Source: Deferribacterales bacterium (GTDB lineage Bacteria; Chrysiogenota; Deferribacteres; Deferribacterales; Geovibrionaceae). Taken from it: a stretch of 64,000 nt of DNA. Positions 58,601 to 64,000 of this stretch are shown one piece after another. Positions within the stretch are counted from its first letter, which is position 1. The number at the start of each line of letters is the position of its first letter. Below the pieces are notes generated by a model that saw nothing but the letters and a program-made list of their open reading frames with translations, made no database searches and was not told where the DNA came from. The DNA lies in assembly GCA_050253075.1 (NCBI GenBank), contig JBFWJS010000001.1, forward strand, positions 512,001-576,000, written 5' to 3'. The position numbers and the translations under genes are program-made.

Positions 58601-59381
58601 AGCGTCTAAGCTGATGAAGATCATCGGCGGAGATATCAGCCTGGAGAGCAAGATCGGTGTCGGCAGCAGTTTTACTGTCTTTATCCCGAATGTAGCCGAA
58701 AGCGGGGTGACGGTACCCGACGAAGTGTCAGACAGCGTCAGATACACCTTTGAACATGCGAGGGTGATAGTCGCAGATGACGACATCACCAGAGACATCA
58801 TAAGAGAGATGTTGGACGACACGGGGCTGTCTGTGCTGGAAGCGCATAATGTCCTTGCTGCGGGGCACATAGCAGAGGAGATACACCCCGAGGTGATTTT
58901 ACTGTCTGCAAGGCTGGAGGACAGAAATGTCTGTGAAGCATCTTCATGGCTTAAGAGCATGGTGCCTGAAGCAAAAATCATAGCGCTCATTTCAGATGAG
59001 CTCCACTGCAGAGACGTGTCGATGATAGATGACGTGCTCGTAAAGCCGATAACATTCGGAAAGCTGATGACGTCACTTGAGAAATACATCTCCGTGAGGG
59101 AGAAAAAGATATACGAAACATCCCCGAGACGGGCGGGGGGCAGTGAAAATATAATTATTCCGCCGAAAGATACTTTTGACAATGAATTAAAACAGCTTAT
59201 ATTTAAATATGAAGGCGTTGTCGATTTTGATTATTTAGAGAAGCTGACAGCGAGGCTGAGACTTTCGGGCGATGCCTTTGCAGAGCTGGTCGAACGCCTT
59301 GATTATTTTACTGAGAATATGGAGATACAAAACATCAAGCGTATGCTGGATGAACTGAGGGATCGTATCTCTGTCGAGTGA
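55611..59381 (+). CDS. Multi-PAS/GAF hybrid histidine kinase with degenerate receiver domains
   Basis: Four PAS domains, GAF, FLANISHEIRTPLN, NLIGNAVKFT, GGTGLGL, C-terminal receiver fold. Confidence 0.93.
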   Translation: MTMGRYIKNLTVISDDVRGLFESELSPEYSVVSSSDALQGLNRDFVLIDARSEDTPVSDLLRVINSPLIIAAGASAEVKRDILKHKSTVFLTVPLMESELENIILMNTSCRNMNLEEQIYEEFIENTDDIVTRVNGDAVFTYVNGACERLYGLPRSSLIGSSALDYVHPDDVERTRDAFESWIKNRAGRASFINRYILPDGSEIQLLWTINLHYSSSGGFLYANSIARDVTERIVAEKALKKSESSLRAILDAAEDVVIMIDRNGTILDCNIHFAKLMREDIGSLLGQCVWDIPYIGKSGERKLIFEEVVRTGKAVKFEDYGGRAWYSVHAAPVAVEDSAMERYVVFAKDITEKKESEEYDKMNEERHRSLAILGQMYEADFEEILEFALESAMIQAMSLGGFIAEYDSVDNSLRMNVIKKPQDKMVRICSGERVDLAQFSDIASALSGKKPVLRNRQRVLVPCIEKGCQEYLENAIIVPIMAQGEPRLVLCVYGKKTSYHNTESLGLVHFMEGVWRLKERKDTEKTISQLNLELERKVAVRTAQLKESEVRFRTAFESTVHGMVIIGLTGMILQANASYAKMLGYDEDELVGMGMGAITHPDDREKSRDSLAELIAGNSEHIELIKRYVRKDGGYVTATVNAALIRNDAGEPAYVVSNVVNITETEMMRKERDKIFELSRDLIGIADFKGHLYYINPAFCELLGYSVDELMNRNLFEVFRDEDRAQAEDIFSMLDGNDGGFVYDSFHNLPEGKSRWISWTFNTDRQNNRLYGIGRDVTDRTMHEENLKKAKDEAEKANRAKSEFLANISHEIRTPLNAVIGFSELLSTQVYDSKGLSYIDSIKTSGKSLLNLINDILDISKLESVDATPVLIPSNIKNLMDEMMRVFGYRTFNSGIKLGYSIDKDVPDYMLIDVSRLRQVLLNLIGNAVKFTDKGSVDVFVSAVKHMDKHYDLSIRVEDTGIGIPEDEFENIFQPFRQRAGQNVNKYGGTGLGLSIASKLMKIIGGDISLESKIGVGSSFTVFIPNVAESGVTVPDEVSDSVRYTFEHARVIVADDDITRDIIREMLDDTGLSVLEAHNVLAAGHIAEEIHPEVILLSARLEDRNVCEASSWLKSMVPEAKIIALISDELHCRDVSMIDDVLVKPITFGKLMTSLEKYISVREKKIYETSPRRAGGSENIIIPPKDTFDNELKQLIFKYEGVVDFDYLEKLTARLRLSGDAFAELVERLDYFTENMEIQNIKRMLDELRDRISVE

Positions 59382-59394
59382 TCGGGAAGGAAAT

Positions 59395-60354
59395 ATGGAA
59401 AGAAATGATATGCATGTGCTCATCGTCGATGACAACCCGCAGAACCTGAAGGTGCTGGGGAATGTGCTGAGACAGAACACCGACTACAGTCTTGCTTTCG
59501 CCGTTAGCGGAGAGGAAGCTCTTGAATATATAGCGAAGAATCTGCCTGATATGATACTGCTGGATGTGATGATGCCGGGCATGGACGGGTTTCAGGTCTG
59601 TGAAAAGCTGAGTAATGACGAGGCGACATCGGACATCCCCGTTATATTCATAACCGCAAAGAGCGAGCCCGAGGACGTCATAAAGGGCTTTAAAGTTGGC
59701 GGTGTGGACTATGTGACGAAGCCCTTTAACGAGGCTGAGCTGCTCATGCGCATCACCACGCACATGGAGCTGAAGAAATCCCGTGATATGCTGGAGCAGA
59801 AGAATAGAGAGCTGACCGAAGCATATGATAAGATCGAGCACCTTGCCCTGACAGACACCCTGACGGGTATACCGAACAGGCGTAACCTTACAAACCTCAT
59901 GGGGAAAGAGGCATCCCGAAGCAGAAGGAACGGGACGACATTTTCCATGATAATGTGCGATATAGACTTTTTCAAAAAAGTGAACGATACCTACGGCCAC
60001 GACACAGGTGACTATGTCCTTTGCGAAGTGGCATCAGAGATACAGGGTAAACTGCGCAGGCAGGACGTTGTGGGCAGATGGGGCGGAGAGGAATTCCTCA
60101 TTATGCTCCCGGAGACAAAGATGGAGGACGCCACAGGTGTCGCAGAAAAGCTGAGAGCCGCTATAGAAAACAAAGAAATGAACTTTGGCGGGCATAAATT
60201 CAACGTCACTATGACATTCGGCGTGTCAGTCTTCGAAGGCGAGCTGGGCATCGAAAAGAGCATCAAAAAAGCAGACGATGCACTCTATGAAGGGAAGCAG
60301 TCGGGACGTAATAAGGTCGTTCAGGCACACACTAAGCTGAGAAACTATCTTTAA
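59395..60354 (+). CDS. Response regulator diguanylate cyclase
   Basis: Receiver (VDD, LLDVMMP, TKP), DIDFFKKVND, RRQD I-site, GGEEF. Confidence 0.95.
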   Translation: MERNDMHVLIVDDNPQNLKVLGNVLRQNTDYSLAFAVSGEEALEYIAKNLPDMILLDVMMPGMDGFQVCEKLSNDEATSDIPVIFITAKSEPEDVIKGFKVGGVDYVTKPFNEAELLMRITTHMELKKSRDMLEQKNRELTEAYDKIEHLALTDTLTGIPNRRNLTNLMGKEASRSRRNGTTFSMIMCDIDFFKKVNDTYGHDTGDYVLCEVASEIQGKLRRQDVVGRWGGEEFLIMLPETKMEDATGVAEKLRAAIENKEMNFGGHKFNVTMTFGVSVFEGELGIEKSIKKADDALYEGKQSGRNKVVQAHTKLRNYL

Positions 60355-60868
60355 GATATTTCAGAGCGTCGTGCAGGTCATGGGCGAAGTAGTCCGCCTC
60401 GGGCACATCTGATGCCTCGTATCTGCTTGATACCAGTATGCATCTGCTGAGCCCTGCGTTCTTACCCGCCTGAACATCGGAACGCTTGTCCCCTATTATC
60501 ATTGATTCTGCCATGTTTATACCGTATTTGTCCTTTGCTTCGAGGAGCATCCCCGGCGCAGGCTTGCGGCAGAGGCACTCGCCGCCGAATTCGGGATGGT
60601 GTGGACAGTGGAAAAATTCTTTAACCGTTATCCCCTCTTCTTTTAACTTTTCAGACATGAATTCGTGGAGCTTTAATACATCGCTCTCGGCATACAGGCC
60701 TCTGGCGACCCCGGCCTGATTTGTCACTACGAACAGCTCAAAACCTCTGCCAATGGCGTATTTCAACAGGTCGAATATTCCGTCGACAAATTCGACATCT
60801 TCAGGTTTGTGTATGTATCCTTTGTCGATATTTATTATGCCGTCTCTGTCTAAAAAAAGTGCCTTCAT
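60332..60868 (-). CDS. gmhB: D-glycero-D-manno-heptose 1,7-bisphosphate phosphatase
   Basis: FLDRDGIIN, VTNQAG, CPHHP...CLCRKP, IGDKRSD. Confidence 0.93.
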   Translation of the reverse strand: MKALFLDRDGIINIDKGYIHKPEDVEFVDGIFDLLKYAIGRGFELFVVTNQAGVARGLYAESDVLKLHEFMSEKLKEEGITVKEFFHCPHHPEFGGECLCRKPAPGMLLEAKDKYGINMAESMIIGDKRSDVQAGKNAGLSRCILVSSRYEASDVPEADYFAHDLHDALKYLKDSFSA

Positions 60869-61027
60869 GAATTAGTAATCCTTATTAATTAACAGTGTAA
60901 ATTACTGATTAATATTTCTTTATTATATACGATATTTTATGTATTATTATTGCATTTTGGGTGCAATGATAACACAATAAAGATACAATATTAAATAATA
61001 AAGAGTAAACAGCGGGATCTGCATATA

Positions 61028-61816
61028 ATGGGTTCAATCATCACATTTGCGAATAAAAAGGGCGGGAGCGGTAAAACCTCCTCGGTTGTTAATACAGCAG
61101 GGATATTAGGCGCACGAGGCTATAAGGTGCTCCTTGTGGACCTCGACCCTCAGGCTCACCTTTCTTTCTGGTCGGGCGTAAATACCTATGATACTTACCT
61201 TTCTGTTTACGATTCCCTTTTGGGGAGCTGTACTGGGGGCGACTGCCTCTTTAAGACGGAGCATCAGCTTTTCGATGTGCTCCCTGCAGCGACGAATTTC
61301 TCCATGAGCCTTCTGCGGAAACTGCTGGAGGGTGAAAGACCCGAGGCTAGGCTTGCTAAGGTTCTGATGGAGTTTAAGAATGATTATGATTATATCCTGA
61401 TAGATACTCCGCCCACAGTCGCCGTGCTCACCCTGAATGCTCTGGTGGCTGCGACACACGTTATGATACCTATCCTGCTGAACTTCCTCGCGATAGAGGG
61501 GCTGGCTCAGCTTACGCAGAATATATACCGCATCAACGCATCATTTAACCCTGATGTGAGGATGGCCGGCATCATACCGAACCAGTACGACATACGCAGT
61601 AATCATTCTAAGAGGGTTATGCGTGAGATACAGGAGAACTTCGGCGAAGAGATGGTCTCGCCGAGGATAAGAAACGACATAAAGATAGCGGAAGCGCCGG
61701 AATACCGCATTCCGATAAATCTTTATGCACCGAAAAGCAGAGGTACTATGGACTTTAACATGCTTGCGGATTTTGTAGAGACGAGATCAGGTAATATTAC
61801 AGGGGGACAGATATGA
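61028..61816 (+). CDS. ParA/Soj family ATPase
   Basis: ANKKGGSGKT, DLDPQ, IDTPP, EAP motifs. Confidence 0.93.
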   Translation: MGSIITFANKKGGSGKTSSVVNTAGILGARGYKVLLVDLDPQAHLSFWSGVNTYDTYLSVYDSLLGSCTGGDCLFKTEHQLFDVLPAATNFSMSLLRKLLEGERPEARLAKVLMEFKNDYDYILIDTPPTVAVLTLNALVAATHVMIPILLNFLAIEGLAQLTQNIYRINASFNPDVRMAGIIPNQYDIRSNHSKRVMREIQENFGEEMVSPRIRNDIKIAEAPEYRIPINLYAPKSRGTMDFNMLADFVETRSGNITGGQI

Positions 61817-63309
61817 AATACCCTGTGGGTATCGACTTTGGTACTACAAACTCGATGATAGCAGTTTATAAAGAAGGGGGCGGGATAGAGGTTATCTCAT
61901 CCGACAGCGGGAAACGCTTTCTCCCTTCGGTGGTTTATTTCAAAAACGGCTCCGAGGCTGTGACGGGGGATAACGCCCGCAGTATGCAGCTTCTGGAATC
62001 TGAGAGCACCGTCTCAAACGTGAAGAGATACATGGGCTCTGATAAAACATTCGAACTATACGGCAAGACATATACTCCGCAGGAACTGGCTGCCATATTT
62101 TTCAGAAAGCTGAAGATGCTGTATACGGACTATACCGGGCAGAAGGGTGCGGACGCTGTTATCACCGTGCCTGCGTATTTCGACCACCTCCAGCGTGAGG
62201 CGGTGCGTGCCGCTGCCGAGTCTGCGGGTTTTGATGTGCTCTCTCTGCTGAATGAGCCCACAGCCGCAGCACTCTATTACAACAACATCGGAAAGCAGGA
62301 GGGCGAGCTCTGCCTTGTATTTGATCTCGGCGGCGGAACCCTCGACATAAGCATCATAGAGATGCAGAAGGAACACCTCAAGGTCGTCGCCACTGGCGGA
62401 TCCACGCAGATAGGCGGGTTCGACTTTGACGTCGCTTTGGCAGACTACTTCAACGAAGAGTTCATCAAAGCCCATGAGATAGACCTCAGAAGCGACCCTA
62501 TCGCATTTCAGCAGCTTCTATTTCAGGCGGAAAAGGCTAAGATGGAGCTCTCGTCACTGAATGAGACCAGCCTCGTGATACCATACATCACAGTCACTCC
62601 GAAGGGGCCGCTGCATTTTAAAAAAGATCTGGACAGAGTCCTTTTTGACAAGATAACAAAACCTATCAGTGATAAGATAGAGAAGATAGTCAAAGATACG
62701 CTGGAAGTGAACGGCTATAAGGTAGAAGATATCAGCCGTGTGCTCCCTGTCGGCGGTGCGAGCAGGATCTGCAATGTACGCAGTCTCGTTGCCGACATCT
62801 TCGGTCAGACCATAAGCAAGGATCTGAACCCCGAAGAGGCCGTTGTGTGCGGTGCCGCAGTGAATGCGGCCATGCAGACAGGCATTATTACGGATAAGAA
62901 ATTTTATGATGTCACCAGTCATAATCTTGGGATAGAGGACGACAACGGCGACTTCGAAGTTATTATGCAGAAAAACGAGCCTTATCCGGTTGAGTTTTCG
63001 ACCAGATTCACCACCGCAAAGAGTGATCTGGAAAGTGTCACCGTTCATGTTTTACAGGATATGGCGAGGTCTGCGCTGAATGTCTCGGACAGTCCGTCAG
63101 AGGACCCTGATTATTTTGTCAGTCTTGGCAAGTTTGACTTTCAGCTTGATAAAAACATAGCGGAAAACCTCATAGACATAGGCTTTGAGATAGATATGAG
63201 CGGCATCGTGAGCGTCCGTGCGAAGGATATGAACACGGGCAAAGAGCATGATTTCACGCTGAAAGCAGAAGTCGATTGGGAAAAAATTAAGAACATAAAA
63301 ATATACTAA
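61813..63309 (+). CDS. Hsp70 family protein lacking the C-terminal lid
   Basis: GIDFGTTNS, ITVPAYF, NEPTAAAL, DLGGGTLD, VGGASR, NPEEAV; 498 aa. Confidence 0.93.
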   Translation: MKYPVGIDFGTTNSMIAVYKEGGGIEVISSDSGKRFLPSVVYFKNGSEAVTGDNARSMQLLESESTVSNVKRYMGSDKTFELYGKTYTPQELAAIFFRKLKMLYTDYTGQKGADAVITVPAYFDHLQREAVRAAAESAGFDVLSLLNEPTAAALYYNNIGKQEGELCLVFDLGGGTLDISIIEMQKEHLKVVATGGSTQIGGFDFDVALADYFNEEFIKAHEIDLRSDPIAFQQLLFQAEKAKMELSSLNETSLVIPYITVTPKGPLHFKKDLDRVLFDKITKPISDKIEKIVKDTLEVNGYKVEDISRVLPVGGASRICNVRSLVADIFGQTISKDLNPEEAVVCGAAVNAAMQTGIITDKKFYDVTSHNLGIEDDNGDFEVIMQKNEPYPVEFSTRFTTAKSDLESVTVHVLQDMARSALNVSDSPSEDPDYFVSLGKFDFQLDKNIAENLIDIGFEIDMSGIVSVRAKDMNTGKEHDFTLKAEVDWEKIKNIKIY

Positions 63310-63338
63310 GATAATTTTAACATCTTTGGAGGTACGGG

Positions 63339-64000
63339 ATGAAAAAGCTGGCCAAACCATCCAGTCTGGAAGGCAACACAGGGATAATCAAAAAAGACGG
63401 CGAAGACGTTCTGAAAAGACGCGACGACTCTAAGAGACAAGCCGCAGAAAAAGCGAGAGCCAGAACTCTGGCTAAACAGCAGACAAATGCAGAGAGGCTC
63501 GCAACTGCGTCTGAAGAGATGGCTTCCGCCATTGAACAGGCCTCCAGTGCTTCCGATCAGCTTAATACTTCTATGGATGAGGTTTCCACAGCTTCTGCTC
63601 AGGTCAGCACCAGTGCCGAAGGTATAAAGAACGATACCATCGCTCTGGAAAGTGATGCGAAGAATATTCTTACTACTTCCTCAGACTATGAAAAGTCCAC
63701 AGGCGAGCTCATAAACAAGGTCGGCGCAACAGTGACGGCAGCAAACGAGCTGAAAGAATCTGTTCAGGACACCACGGATAAAGTTGAGGAATCAACACAG
63801 CTGGTAGACCAGCTCAAAGAGAAAGCAGACTCCATCGGACAGATCGTACAGGTAGTTACAAAGATCGCAGATCAGACAAACCTTCTCGCTCTTAACGCGG
63901 CTATCGAGGCTGCCAGAGCAGGCGAGCACGGCAAAGGATTCGCCGTTGTCGCTGACGAGGTGAGGACTCTGGCAGAGGTTTCCGAAAAATCTGCTAAGAC
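63339..64000 (+). CDS. Cytoplasmic methyl-accepting chemotaxis protein (partial)
   Basis: Manual translation from ATG 63339 (RBS GGAGG): MKKLAKP...[20 protein letters not shown]...[34 protein letters not shown]; no TM segment. Confidence 0.93.
   Translation, partial: MKKLAKPSSLEGNTGIIKKDGEDVLKRRDDSKRQAAEKARARTLAKQQTNAERLATASEEMASAIEQASSASDQLNTSMDEVSTASAQVSTSAEGIKNDTIALESDAKNILTTSSDYEKSTGELINKVGATVTAANELKESVQDTTDKVEESTQLVDQLKEKADSIGQIVQVVTKIADQTNLLALNAAIEAARAGEHGKGFAVVADEVRTLAEVSEKSAK

Noticed and set aside
61028..61816. Chromosome or plasmid partition locus
   Set aside because: No adjacent parB, parS or replication genes; the context is chemosensory.
61813..63309. Housekeeping dnaK
   Set aside because: Too short, altered linker, no lid, and no hrcA, grpE or dnaJ neighbours.

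Overview
Bacterial chromosomal window of moderate GC, mostly core metabolism and signalling genes. Gene content suggests an anaerobe such as a Deferribacterota member; this is inference only. Core genes include a PMM/PGM-like gene (partial), glnE, yajQ, PPK2/pap, rnj-uppP-ftsK, ndh, cysQ, a ZraSR-like sigma54 two-component system, a NemR-like TetR with a nitroreductase, fmt-DUF116-htpX-rsmB, an RND pump, a SAM-I riboswitch with metY-metX, and a ClC channel. A long run of kinase, HDOD and GGDEF genes follows. The most unusual parts are: (1) an orphan flagellar locus with a divergent 664-aa flagellin (sigma28 promoter, two CsrA hairpins), two small putative flagellar-export substrates, and an upstream opposite-strand 84-bp tandem repeat carrying four CsrA-type GGA hexaloops; (2) a parA - lid-less hsp70 - sensorless cytoplasmic chemoreceptor operon; (3) an AT-rich Fic gene bracketed by two copies of a 37-bp palindrome; (4) an AT-rich wHTH-GHKL-STAS gene with triple operator boxes; (5) a dispersed GTCATTGCGAG/GTCATCCTGAG palindromic repeat family. 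No tRNA, rRNA, CRISPR array, integrase or transposase was seen. All family calls come from reading motifs by eye, not from database searches.
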